A stretch of DNA of 59,524 bases from positions 1 through 59,524 of the forward strand of contig JAQBWN010000002.1 in NCBI GenBank assembly GCA_027624555.1. The letters run 5' to 3'. This document shows positions 37,885-47,334 of this stretch, in pieces; position 1 is the first letter of the stretch; every line of letters starts with the position of its first letter. The notes under the pieces were generated by a model. That model had not been told where the DNA came from. It ran no database searches and saw only the letters and a program-made list of their open reading frames with translations. This DNA is from a bacterium (GTDB lineage Bacteria; Patescibacteriota; Andersenbacteria; UBA10190). The position numbers and the translations under genes are program-made.

Positions 37885-37918
37885 AGACCAGCTTGGAACT
37901 CCCAAGCTGGTCTTTTTC
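37885..37918 (+). terminator. Intrinsic terminator
   Basis: AGACCAGCTTGG/CCAAGCTGGTCT stem plus T-run. Confidence 0.8.
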
Positions 37919-37949
37919 TTTACAAAGCAATCACGGTATAGTTACCTAT

Positions 37950-38486
37950 ATGAAAAAAGTATTTCAGGGGAAAATATTTGCCACCTGGCAATGGGAGCAG
38001 AAAATGTACGGCGGTACTACAAAAACGTTTGAACGCATAACGCGCAGAGACTCAGTCCGCGTCATTGGAGTTATGCCCGATAAAAAGATTTTACTTGTTT
38101 GGGACGAACAGCCAGATAGGGAAGGCCTGCTCGACATGGCTGGTGGGCAAATAGACGATGGGGAAACCCCTGAACAAGCTGCGCATAGGGAATTCCTCGA
38201 AGAAACAGGATATTCCGTTGGCACCTTAACACCTATAACTACCCAAAAAATGCCTGGTAGGGTCGTTCTCTCTAACTACTATTTTGTTGGGAGGGGTTTA
38301 GTTAAACAAGCTGAACCGCAACAAAGTCCGGGAGAAAAAATTGCGCTTCGCGTATTTACGTTTGATGAATTTTTAGCCCTCGGCCAAGATGAAACGTTGC
38401 GCGACATGCGCATCCGTATTACGTTACTGGAAGCGCAACTAGACCCTAAGAAGAAAGACATGCTGTATAAACTACTTTATGAATAA
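37950..38486 (+). CDS. NUDIX hydrolase
   Basis: GGQIDDGETPEQAAHREFLEETG Nudix box. Confidence 0.92.
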   Translation: MKKVFQGKIFATWQWEQKMYGGTTKTFERITRRDSVRVIGVMPDKKILLVWDEQPDREGLLDMAGGQIDDGETPEQAAHREFLEETGYSVGTLTPITTQKMPGRVVLSNYYFVGRGLVKQAEPQQSPGEKIALRVFTFDEFLALGQDETLRDMRIRITLLEAQLDPKKKDMLYKLLYE

Positions 38487-39900
38487 GGAGACTGCGATTC
38501 GCGTGCGCATCGCACCAAGCCCTACGGGTAATTTACACGTGGGTACTGCGCGTGCTGCGCTGTATAACGAACTGTTTGCAAAGCACAAGAACGGATCTTT
38601 TATTATTCGAATTGAAGATACAGACAAAGCCCGCTCAACGCCAGAATATGAGCAAGCAATCTTAGATGGACTGCGCTGGCTTGGCATCTCTTGGAGTGAA
38701 GGACCAGATATTGGTGGGGAATATGCACCTTATCGACAATCTGAGCGAGCAGGGGAGCACGCAAAAGCCGTTCAACAACTTTTAGATGCAGGCAAAGCAT
38801 ATAGATGCACATGCCCGCCGAAAGAAATGACGGGTGGGGAAGTGTCTGTACATGCATGCGATTGCGACAACAAGGGCAATACGACCGGTGTCATCAGGCT
38901 CAAAGTAACGCCAGAACTTATATCTTTTACGGATATAATTCGTGGTGAAATTAAGGTGCACACAAACAGCTTTGGCGGTGATTTTGTAATCGCTCGCGAC
39001 ATCTCTGACCCGTTATTTCACTTAGCAGTTGTGTGTGATGACGAAGCGATGAAAATCTCTCACGTTATTAGAGGCGAAGATCACCTGCATAACACTATTA
39101 AGCATATTTTATTGCAGAGAGCGCTTGGGTACACTCAGCCAATGTACGCTCATTTACCGTTACTATTAGACGAACAACGTAAAAAGCTTTCGAAAAGAAG
39201 CGGGGAAACAAACATCCTTGCATTTCGCGATATGGGATTTTTACCCCAGGCTATGCTTAATTACTTAGCACTACTCGGTTGGAATAACGGAGACGATAGG
39301 GAATATTATACGCACAAAGAGCTTGCATCTGCGTTTACGTTAGATCGCGTTCAAAAAAGCGGTGCAATATTTTCACTAGGCAAGCTTTCTGCTATGAATA
39401 AAAAATATCTATCTGAATTATCTGATGCTGATTTACTTGCATGGGGACTATATCACTATAATAAAAAAAATATTTTAGTTAACAGCGAAACCAGATTATT
39501 ATACGCACTGAAAACAGAACTTGGCAGATTTGCATCGTATGACATTGAAGGAATAGATCTTTGTGAAGCGATGAACTGGCATGATACTGGCTGGATGCCC
39601 GAGCTTGATACACAAAAAATAGTCTGGAAAAAAAGTACACCAGAAGCAACCAAAGATATACTAAAAAAACTTATAGCCGTATTAGAAACAATACCTGATG
39701 ATAGCTTTACAAAGCCATTCCTTGAAGAAAACATCATGAACTGGATAGATGCAAATGCAATGGGTAGGGGAGACACCCTATGGCCAATGAGGTACAGCCT
39801 TACAGGGCGAGAACAATCGCCAGGACCTTTTGAAATTGCATCGGTTATTGGAAAAGAAGATACTTTGCACAGACTTACCTTCGCTCATGGTATACTCTAG
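38479..39900 (+). CDS. gltX: Glutamate--tRNA ligase
   Basis: RIAPSPTG.LHVG, RIEDTD, HVIRGEDH, KLSKR. Confidence 0.96.
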   Translation: MNKETAIRVRIAPSPTGNLHVGTARAALYNELFAKHKNGSFIIRIEDTDKARSTPEYEQAILDGLRWLGISWSEGPDIGGEYAPYRQSERAGEHAKAVQQLLDAGKAYRCTCPPKEMTGGEVSVHACDCDNKGNTTGVIRLKVTPELISFTDIIRGEIKVHTNSFGGDFVIARDISDPLFHLAVVCDDEAMKISHVIRGEDHLHNTIKHILLQRALGYTQPMYAHLPLLLDEQRKKLSKRSGETNILAFRDMGFLPQAMLNYLALLGWNNGDDREYYTHKELASAFTLDRVQKSGAIFSLGKLSAMNKKYLSELSDADLLAWGLYHYNKKNILVNSETRLLYALKTELGRFASYDIEGIDLCEAMNWHDTGWMPELDTQKIVWKKSTPEATKDILKKLIAVLETIPDDSFTKPFLEENIMNWIDANAMGRGDTLWPMRYSLTGREQSPGPFEIASVIGKEDTLHRLTFAHGIL

Positions 39901-39905
39901 CGTAC

Positions 39906-39998
39906 ATGCATAAACGGCAAAAAAAGTGGGTAAGAATTGTATATATTATTCTTGTGATCGTTATCGGTTTTGGTATGGTCGGATTATCGTTTTACTAA
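39906..39998 (+). CDS. Small single-TM protein (30 aa)
   Basis: MHKRQKKWVRIVYIILVIVIGFGMVGLSFY fills the intergenic gap; TATACT upstream. Confidence 0.5.
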   Translation: MHKRQKKWVRIVYIILVIVIGFGMVGLSFY

Positions 39999-40002
39999 CG
40001 AT

Positions 40003-41217
40003 ATGGGAAGAAGAATAATGCACATAACAGTGGGCGCCATTACATGTGTTGCGTTGCTTTTTTCGCCGTTTTCTCTCTACGCAACTGAAGTAGACGACCT
40101 GCAAAACAAACTTCAGGCACAAAAAGAAGCGCTCAAAGAAATCGATGAGAAAATTAGTAAATTTCAACAAAAGGTACAAGAAAAACGTAGTACTGCGCAA
40201 ACGCTGCAGGGGCAAATAGAGTTGTTAAACGATGGCATAGAAAATATATCCCTAGGTATCCGAAAAACTCAGGCACAAATAAATGAAACAGATACTGAGG
40301 TGGAAAACGTACAATATGACATTGCAAAAAAAGAAGACTCAATCAACAAGGGGAAAATACTTCTCGCAGACTATATCCGCCAAATGCAAGCACTCGACAC
40401 GCAATCATCGATTGCCATATTTTTAAAATACTCTTCTCTTTCAGATGCTATAACGGAGTCAAGCACTACAGAACAATTACAAGATCAGGCACACAGAACT
40501 ATTGTCTCTATCCAGAAGGAGAAACAAGAGCTTTTGGAGCAGAAGGCGCAACTCCAAGATTTCAAACAGTCCCTGTCTTCATTAAAAACCAGACAGCAGC
40601 AGCAGCAAAGTGCACTCCGAGACCAAAATGAATCTAAAGTACAAATATTAAAAATAACCAATGCGGAAGAATCCCAATACCAAGATTTGCTAGAACAATC
40701 TAGGGCAGATGCGAAGGCCGCAGAGGCTGCAATTGCTGACTTAGATGGTAAAATACGAGAACAATTACGCGCGAGAGGAGTTGGCAATTTAGGGACAGTC
40801 GGCCTTTTCAGTTGGCCAATTGAGCCGATTTTTGGGATATCATGCCCATTCCATTGTAGCGGATACCCATATGCATACCTCATAGGCCCTCACAGCGGTA
40901 CAGACATCCCTACAAACGTTGGGACACCCATTAAAGCGCCCGCAGATGGCTACGTTGGCCGTGCGCATGATTCAGGCGGTAGGGGATACAGTTACATTCT
41001 GCTTGTACATGGTGATAATTTTTCTACGGTATATGGGCACGTTTCCGGATTTGCAACAAAGGAAGGAACCTTTGTAAAGCGAGGAGATGTAATTGGATAT
41101 ACTGGCGGAGCTGCAGGTTCTCGAGGCTCCGGATTATCTACTGGGCCCCATCTTCACTTTGAAGTTCGACTCAATAATGTTGCAGTAGATGCGCAAAGGT
41201 TTTTAGAATCCAGATAA
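40003..41217 (+). CDS. Coiled-coil M23 peptidase (EnvC/PcsB-like)
   Basis: Signal peptide, long coiled coil, HSGTD, YGH, STGPHLHFEV. Confidence 0.9.
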   Translation: MGRRIMHITVGAITCVALLFSPFSLYATEVDDLQNKLQAQKEALKEIDEKISKFQQKVQEKRSTAQTLQGQIELLNDGIENISLGIRKTQAQINETDTEVENVQYDIAKKEDSINKGKILLADYIRQMQALDTQSSIAIFLKYSSLSDAITESSTTEQLQDQAHRTIVSIQKEKQELLEQKAQLQDFKQSLSSLKTRQQQQQSALRDQNESKVQILKITNAEESQYQDLLEQSRADAKAAEAAIADLDGKIREQLRARGVGNLGTVGLFSWPIEPIFGISCPFHCSGYPYAYLIGPHSGTDIPTNVGTPIKAPADGYVGRAHDSGGRGYSYILLVHGDNFSTVYGHVSGFATKEGTFVKRGDVIGYTGGAAGSRGSGLSTGPHLHFEVRLNNVAVDAQRFLESR

Positions 41218-41222
41218 AATAT

Positions 41223-41348
41223 ATGGCTGATCCAGATAAACTTTTTGAATCCATAGCAGCAAAACTCCTGCCATTCTGGGGACCGTTTTACGCAATGTAT
41301 TATATAATACGATATTTAATACACGAGCTAACAAACAAGAGAAGGTAA
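41223..41348 (+). CDS. Putative small protein (41 aa)
   Basis: MADPDKLFESIAAKLLPFWGPFYAMYYIIRYLIHELTNKRR starts 5 nt after the upstream stop. Confidence 0.4.
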   Translation: MADPDKLFESIAAKLLPFWGPFYAMYYIIRYLIHELTNKRR

Positions 41349-41377
41349 TGTTCTGAAATTGTTCATATTTAGGGAAG

Positions 41378-41486
41378 TGGAGCGGGGAGAGCACCCCAAG
41401 CCAGCCAGCCCGCGCATGGCGGGTCCGCCGTACTGGCAGATAGGTTGTAGCGCCGACGCAAGCAGTCAATACGCTAGCAACGTCCG
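41378..41486. ncRNA. Candidate structured RNA, unassigned
   Basis: GC-rich intergenic island with four adjacent hairpins. Confidence 0.35.
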
Positions 41487-41643
41487 AAAATGTACCTTTT
41501 GCGACATTACATACGTTCCATGGTAGTTTTCCACAGATACGAACACAAAACGTAATCATGTCAATTTGGGCCACCTATGGCCTATTTTCCTGCGTATTTA
41601 GCGGAAATATACGTCACTCCCCTACGTATTTAGCGTATATTTA

Positions 41644-41673
41644 CCAGCCTTCGCTAAAGCTTCGGCTGGCAGG
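41644..41673 (+). repeat. Palindromic element, family D
   Basis: CCAGCC-TTCGCTAAAGCTTC-GGCTGG. Confidence 0.7.
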
Positions 41674-41689
41674 CGTCCTGTTCCCTACC

Positions 41690-42115
41690 CTACCGGGGCA
41701 ATTTTTGCGTGCAAGAGCTAGGAGAACGCCCAGCGGTAACAGCCGCATCGTACGAGGCGTACCAAACCTGGTTTTCCAGCTTAATAGATTTGGCACTCGA
41801 GCAACTGTAATGATGAAATAACGTACTATTTTTACTACCCACATAGGTGCCCCTAGAATCGCTTGTACCGCTAACAGCACCTGTATCAGGTGATTTAGTA
41901 CCTTCACGAAGCTCTTGGAGGCTCTCAGGAGTACCAACGGAAGACGGGCATGTGTTGCATGTGCGGTCTTCAAATACTATCTGGCTTGATGCATAATACG
42001 GTGACATGATGTGCCCAGTCTGCCAGCCTATGAAGAATATCAACACAGCTGCAATACAAAGCCCTATGGTTTTATCATACTTGGCTATAAACATTTTAAG
42101 TTGAGCAAACGCCAT
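41690..42115 (-). CDS. Membrane-anchored protein with an Ada-like metal-binding C-terminus
   Basis: YVGSKNS..FH..SC..AK.I..EN...A...G.SP..C. Confidence 0.7.
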   Translation of the reverse strand: MAFAQLKMFIAKYDKTIGLCIAAVLIFFIGWQTGHIMSPYYASSQIVFEDRTCNTCPSSVGTPESLQELREGTKSPDTGAVSGTSDSRGTYVGSKNSTLFHHYSCSSAKSIKLENQVWYASYDAAVTAGRSPSSCTQKLPR

Positions 42116-42134
42116 ACTAGTATAGTATCACCTT

Positions 42135-43328
42135 ATGTATACATTTTTCCTCGGAACAAATTCGGATTTATCAACTGCAGAAATTACTGCCGTCCTTAAT
42201 CGGCACGGTATCTCGTTTACGATTATTAGCTCACAGAAACAATATATTCGAATACAAACACAAAGCGCTATCCCATTAGGCCTTGTAAAAATTCTTGGTG
42301 GCACTATTCGTATCTCTCAAGATGTTGCCGTTTGGGATACAATGCCAGCCACAGAAGAAATCCTCACCGCATTACAGCCACTACCTCCAAAGTGGCAGGT
42401 TGGGCTTGGCTGTATTGGTATGTCGCTAAATATAAGGAAGTTGGGGATTGAACTGAAAAAAGGAGCACGTGCGCAAGATTCTAGGCTTGCATTCATTGAA
42501 CCCAAGGCAGGCACTGTTTTAAACGCCGCCCAAGTGATTTTTAACAAGCTCACTTCCCTACCGAACGCAGAATTGATTTTTATACAAGAAAACGAAAAAA
42601 TTATTTTAGTGCGCACTACAAGCATTCAAGACATTGCATCATATGAACTGCGCGATACGTTGCGGCCGGCAAGAGACGCTCGCATAGGCCTACTCCCCCC
42701 AAAGCTAGCGCAAATAATGATTAATTTGGCACTCCCACAAGACGCCAAAAAATCAACGACTATTTATGATCCCTTTTGCGGGATGGGAACAGTTTTGCAA
42801 GAGGCATGGCTCATGAAAATAGCTTCTTTTGGTACAGATATTTCTGAGGACATGGTAGCAGCAAGTACGAAAAATATTGCTCACCTAGAAGAGAATTTTT
42901 CTGTACAAGAAAGCTTAAAACCTCAAGTATTTCACCATGACGCAACAAGTCCAAATTTTCCGGAAGAAGCACAAGATAAGAATTTAACTGTTGTCACTGA
43001 GCCGTTTCTGGGTACTCCGCTTACTCGCGCCCTGTCCCCCATCGAGGGAACACAATTTTATGAATCTGTCATGCCATTATACCGGCAGTTTTTCATGAAC
43101 ATAAAAAGTGTTCTGCAGGAAAACGCTCGCCTTTTGGTGTTATTGCCTGCCGTGAGAATACGAGAAAATGGAAAAGACACCTTCACTCCCCTACCCCGAA
43201 CTTTCCTTGACGAGATTATAACATTCGGCTATCGTAACATTAAGCTCATTCCAGAAGAGAAACCGTTGCTATACGCTAGGCCAGATGCCCTTATAGCTCG
43301 GGAATTCACTCTCTGGGAACGCGTTTAA
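42135..43328 (+). CDS. SAM-dependent RNA methyltransferase (TRM11/THUMP-like)
   Basis: GLLPPKLAQIMINL, YDPFCGMGT, TEPFLG. Confidence 0.8.
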   Translation: MYTFFLGTNSDLSTAEITAVLNRHGISFTIISSQKQYIRIQTQSAIPLGLVKILGGTIRISQDVAVWDTMPATEEILTALQPLPPKWQVGLGCIGMSLNIRKLGIELKKGARAQDSRLAFIEPKAGTVLNAAQVIFNKLTSLPNAELIFIQENEKIILVRTTSIQDIASYELRDTLRPARDARIGLLPPKLAQIMINLALPQDAKKSTTIYDPFCGMGTVLQEAWLMKIASFGTDISEDMVAASTKNIAHLEENFSVQESLKPQVFHHDATSPNFPEEAQDKNLTVVTEPFLGTPLTRALSPIEGTQFYESVMPLYRQFFMNIKSVLQENARLLVLLPAVRIRENGKDTFTPLPRTFLDEIITFGYRNIKLIPEEKPLLYARPDALIAREFTLWERV

Positions 43329-43343
43329 TTTTTATTAACTCCT

Positions 43344-43616
43344 ATGGCACATAAGAAAGCAGCCGGATCTACACAACTGGGTCGAGATTCAGAATCGAAG
43401 CGCCTAGGTGTGAAAATTTACGGTGATCAAGCAGTAAATGCAGGCAATATCATCATTCGCCAACGCGGAACAAAATACCGCCCAGGGCTCAATGTACGAC
43501 GAGGAGAAGACGATACGCTGTATGCAGTTATCGATGGTAAAGTAGCATTTTCTAAAAAGAAAGTACTTCGATTCAACGGTTCGCTGAAAGAAGCGACATT
43601 CGTACACGTTAAATAA
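43344..43616 (+). CDS. rpmA: 50S ribosomal protein L27
   Basis: [28 protein letters not shown]. Confidence 0.98.
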   Translation: MAHKKAAGSTQLGRDSESKRLGVKIYGDQAVNAGNIIIRQRGTKYRPGLNVRRGEDDTLYAVIDGKVAFSKKKVLRFNGSLKEATFVHVK

Positions 43617-43638
43617 GCAAGACAAAAGTATAAGAAAT

Positions 43639-43666
43639 AAAGCCCATATGTATGCATATGGGCTTT
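43639..43666. terminator. Bidirectional terminator between convergent genes
   Basis: AAAGCCCATATG/CATATGGGCTTT. Confidence 0.75.
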
Positions 43667-43692
43667 GTGTTTTTGCGTGCGTCTTGTGCACG

Positions 43693-44019
43693 CTATGATG
43701 CGTTGGCAACCACTGGCTCGTCGTCGGGTATCACCACCATGAAAGCGTCTGCAGGAATCTTATTGATGTCCAGATTCCGTTGCTCCAAAAGCCTTGCTCG
43801 CGTACTTGGGCCAAATTTTCCGTCCATTTCACAACCCAAATCTTTCTGTAATAGGATTACTCCCTTTTTTGTTTCTTCCCCGAAGTTTCCGTCAGGAATG
43901 ATGGCTCGATTGTACCGTCCCATCAACAGCAAAAGCTGCAACAGCGTAACTGCTTCCCAAACACCTACACCAGTCGAACTCTCGTCAAGATAATCTGGAA
44001 AGAACATTCTCTTCTTCAT
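43693..44019 (-). CDS. Small peptidoglycan-binding-domain protein
   Basis: V..LQ.LL...GY....DGNFGEET..GV..LQ..LG...DGKFGPST; AAAGGAG SD; TTGACC-17-TAGGCT promoter. Confidence 0.75.
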   Translation of the reverse strand: MKKRMFFPDYLDESSTGVGVWEAVTLLQLLLLMGRYNRAIIPDGNFGEETKKGVILLQKDLGCEMDGKFGPSTRARLLEQRNLDINKIPADAFMVVIPDDEPVVANAS

Positions 44020-44115
44020 TTCAATTCTCCTTTGGCACATAGTGCTCCGAACAATGTTTTGTAGAGCTACTAGGCTCGCAAGTAGCCTACAGCAAGGCTA
44101 CTCTGGGGTCAATGC

Positions 44116-45723
44116 TCACTTCCCTGCCGCTTTGATAAACGCATTAAATAGCGGATGGCCGCCGAGGGGTCTGGACGTAAATTCTGGGTGAAACTGCACG
44201 GCTACGAACCACGGGTGGTTTTTTAGTTCAATAATTTCAACAAGTGTGTTATCTGGCGTAGTACCGGAAATTACTAATCCTTCTTTAACCAATTGTTCGC
44301 GATAGTCATTGTTGAATTCGAAACGATGTCTGTGACGTTCACGGATGTTTGCGCTGCCGTATGCTTCGAGAGCTTTTGTCCCCTCAGTTAGCGTACAATC
44401 CCATCCACCCAGTCTCATAGTTCCGCCTTTGTTTGTTATATTTTTTTGTGATTCCATAATATGAATTACCTTATTTTTTGCCTGCTCATCAAATTCTTGG
44501 CTTGTAGCGTCTTTAATACCCACAACGTTTCGAGCAAATTCTATTACGGCTAGTTGCATGCCTAAACATAAACCTAAATACGGAACATTGTTTTCACGTG
44601 CATATTGAATTGCTGCAATTTTTCCTTCCGTTCCGCGCACTCCAAACCCACCTGGCACAACGATGCCCTTTGCTTTCTTGAGCATAGCTAATGCTTCTTC
44701 ATCTTTTTGTTCTATTTTTTCCGCATCTATCCATAACAGTTCCAAATGCAACCCATTCTGCCAACACGCCGCCTTAAGCGCCTCTACCATGCTTGCGTAC
44801 GTGTCTAACATGGTTATGTACTTACCTACGACGGCAATTTGTATAATCGGCTTATCTTTCTTGATAGTTTCAACTAACGTCTGCCATGTGTCACTGATAC
44901 GCTTTCCGCTCGGCAATCCTAATTTTTTCAAAATAACATCGTCTAAATGATGCTCTTCCATAATAAGCGGCACTTCGTACACACTCTTTACCGTAACTAA
45001 CGGCAATATGGCTTCTTTTTCTACGTTTGTATACAAAGACATTTTTGCAATGTCTGCTTCCCCTATTTCATAATCTGTGCGAGCTATTAAAATATCTGGC
45101 TGAATGCCGATGCTTCGCAGTTCACGTACGCTATTTTGTGCGGGTTTTGTTTTTACTTCATCAGATGCTTTTAAATAGGGCAAAAATACCACGTGCACAT
45201 AGAGCACGTTTTCTCTACCTTCATCGAGTAGCATTTGGCGAGCGCCTTCAAGGAAATGAAATCCTTCGTTATCTCCTACCGTTCCGCCAATTTCTACTAT
45301 TTGTACATCATAGTCTCCAGAAGTGGCGGACTGCCGTGCGCGGTGTTTTACCTCGTTGGTAACATGCGGAATAACTTGAACCGTTTTTCCTAAATACTCT
45401 CCTCTGCGTTCGCGGTTGATAACTTCTTGATAAATTTTCCCTGTCATTACGGAAGAATCTGCATTTATATTTTGATGCAAAAAACGCTCGTAGTGTCCCA
45501 AGTCCAAATCTGCTTCTGCGCCATCGTCGGTAACAAACACTTCCCCATGCTCTGCAGGATTTAAGGTGCCAGCATCAACGTTAATATACTGGTCAAATTT
45601 TTGCATATTTACCGTTAGCCCCCTGTCTTTCAGAATATTTCCAATCGATGCTGCGGTGATGCCTTTCCCGAGGCCAGATAATACTCCCCCTGTTACGAAT
45701 ATATATTTTGGCTTTTTAGGCAT
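44116..45723 (-). CDS. pyrG: CTP synthase
   Basis: FVTGGVLSGLGKG, HGEVFVT.DG, KTKP.Q, GLCLGMQ, QFHPE. Confidence 0.98.
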   Translation of the reverse strand: MPKKPKYIFVTGGVLSGLGKGITAASIGNILKDRGLTVNMQKFDQYINVDAGTLNPAEHGEVFVTDDGAEADLDLGHYERFLHQNINADSSVMTGKIYQEVINRERRGEYLGKTVQVIPHVTNEVKHRARQSATSGDYDVQIVEIGGTVGDNEGFHFLEGARQMLLDEGRENVLYVHVVFLPYLKASDEVKTKPAQNSVRELRSIGIQPDILIARTDYEIGEADIAKMSLYTNVEKEAILPLVTVKSVYEVPLIMEEHHLDDVILKKLGLPSGKRISDTWQTLVETIKKDKPIIQIAVVGKYITMLDTYASMVEALKAACWQNGLHLELLWIDAEKIEQKDEEALAMLKKAKGIVVPGGFGVRGTEGKIAAIQYARENNVPYLGLCLGMQLAVIEFARNVVGIKDATSQEFDEQAKNKVIHIMESQKNITNKGGTMRLGGWDCTLTEGTKALEAYGSANIRERHRHRFEFNNDYREQLVKEGLVISGTTPDNTLVEIIELKNHPWFVAVQFHPEFTSRPLGGHPLFNAFIKAAGK

Positions 45724-46177
45724 TTGGCGCGACAAGCACTGCTATATGAAACTCCACTCCCTGCCCAAGCTGTACTACAACGGTATATGTTCCTAATTTT
45801 TTTAATGGAAATGGCCCTTTTATGTTTTTCAGCGGGACAGAAAGCGCAAAGTCGGCATGCAGACGTTCAAGAATAGTCTTTGCCGGAATACTCCCAAACA
45901 AATCTTCGCCGTCTCTCACCTTTGCGGAAATAGTTATTTCTGTATTTTCTAACCTGTCTGCAACGCCCTGATGTTTCTTCAATTCTTCTTCTGCTTGTTT
46001 TTTTATTGAAGCGTCTTTTGCGTTTCTCTTTTCTTGTACTTGCTTGGTTGCGAGTGCTGCTTTTCCATTTGGAAATAAGAAATTCCGTGCATATCCTTCT
46101 GAAACGCTCACTATGTCGCCTGCTCGCCCAAGCGTATCAGCATCTTCTAGTAACAAAACTTGTAGGGTATTTGCCAT
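45716..46177 (-). CDS. rplI: 50S ribosomal protein L9
   Basis: LG..GDIVSVSEGYARNFLFP.G.A, LFGSI. Confidence 0.96.
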   Translation of the reverse strand: MANTLQVLLLEDADTLGRAGDIVSVSEGYARNFLFPNGKAALATKQVQEKRNAKDASIKKQAEEELKKHQGVADRLENTEITISAKVRDGEDLFGSIPAKTILERLHADFALSVPLKNIKGPFPLKKLGTYTVVVQLGQGVEFHIAVLVAPNA

Positions 46178-46182
46178 AGGAT

Positions 46183-47331
46183 TTATTTCTTTACTTCTTC
46201 TAATGCACGCATAAGCTGTTCGTCTTCTGGCGCATCTTCTTTATCCTCAACTACTATAGACGGTTCTATGCCATGCTCGTTAATAGAGCGGCCTTTTGGC
46301 GTGAACCACTTTGCAATAGTTACCCGTAAACTGGAGCCATCGCTTAAATCAATTACTTCTTGCACAGAGCCTTTACCAAATGATTTTGTACCAATAACTT
46401 TTGCATCTAAATTATCTTGAAGTGCTCCGGCGACTATTTCGGAAGCAGACGCGCTACTGCCGTTTATAAGAACAACTACCGGTAAGCCCTTTAATATTCC
46501 TGTTCCACTTGAACTATGGGTCGTTTCCCTCTTTCCTCGTTCAATAACAACAGGCAACCCTGGTCCCATGAATGCAGAGGATATATCCACAGCAGAATCT
46601 AAATATCCACCAGGATTGTTGCGAACATCTACGATAACTCCCGTGATATTCTGCCTTTTTGCATCTTTCGCAACCTGGAGGAACTTCGCAGCGGTATCTC
46701 CATTAAAATTTAGCACTGAAACATGGAGTATTCCGTCTTTTATTTCCGACTTTATACTTTGCACTGCAATATCGTCTCGGACTATCGAAATATCTGTAGT
46801 ACTATCTGCATCTTTATGAAACACTTTTAGTTCAACGGTTTGCCCCTTTGGGCCTCGTATTAACCGCACTACTTCATCGAGCGACATATCTTCCGTAATA
46901 TTTTTCTTATCAACCGCAATAATAATATCTCCAGCTTTTACCCCAGCTTTTTGTGCAGGAGACCCTTCTAGAGGAGCAATAACAACAACAAGCCCGTTTT
47001 TCACACCCATTTCTGCCCCAATACCAGAAAAGCTTCCCTTTAGGGTGTCTTTGAATTGTTTTGTAGTTTCCGGATCAGAAAATGCCGTGTATGCATCACC
47101 CGAAGCGCGCACCATACCATCTATAGCGCCATACGATAGCTTATTGTCTTCTAGTGTGCCAATAAAATTTTTGTGGAGCTGATCCCATGTCTCCCAAAAC
47201 GGTGAAGCAGTAAATGCCTCCTCTCCAGTCAGATTGTCTGGAACTGTTTTTGGAGAGGTGCTAGCACGCCCAACAATTACTCCTATGAAAAGAAGAAGCA
47301 ATACGCTGAAAATTCTCTTGATAGTGCTCAT
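46183..47331 (-). CDS. C-terminal processing peptidase, S41 family
   Basis: PDZ domain, DVRNNPGGYL, SASASEIVAGAL, SFGKGSVQ. Confidence 0.95.
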   Translation of the reverse strand: MSTIKRIFSVLLLLFIGVIVGRASTSPKTVPDNLTGEEAFTASPFWETWDQLHKNFIGTLEDNKLSYGAIDGMVRASGDAYTAFSDPETTKQFKDTLKGSFSGIGAEMGVKNGLVVVIAPLEGSPAQKAGVKAGDIIIAVDKKNITEDMSLDEVVRLIRGPKGQTVELKVFHKDADSTTDISIVRDDIAVQSIKSEIKDGILHVSVLNFNGDTAAKFLQVAKDAKRQNITGVIVDVRNNPGGYLDSAVDISSAFMGPGLPVVIERGKRETTHSSSGTGILKGLPVVVLINGSSASASEIVAGALQDNLDAKVIGTKSFGKGSVQEVIDLSDGSSLRVTIAKWFTPKGRSINEHGIEPSIVVEDKEDAPEDEQLMRALEEVKK

Positions 47332-47334
47332 AGC

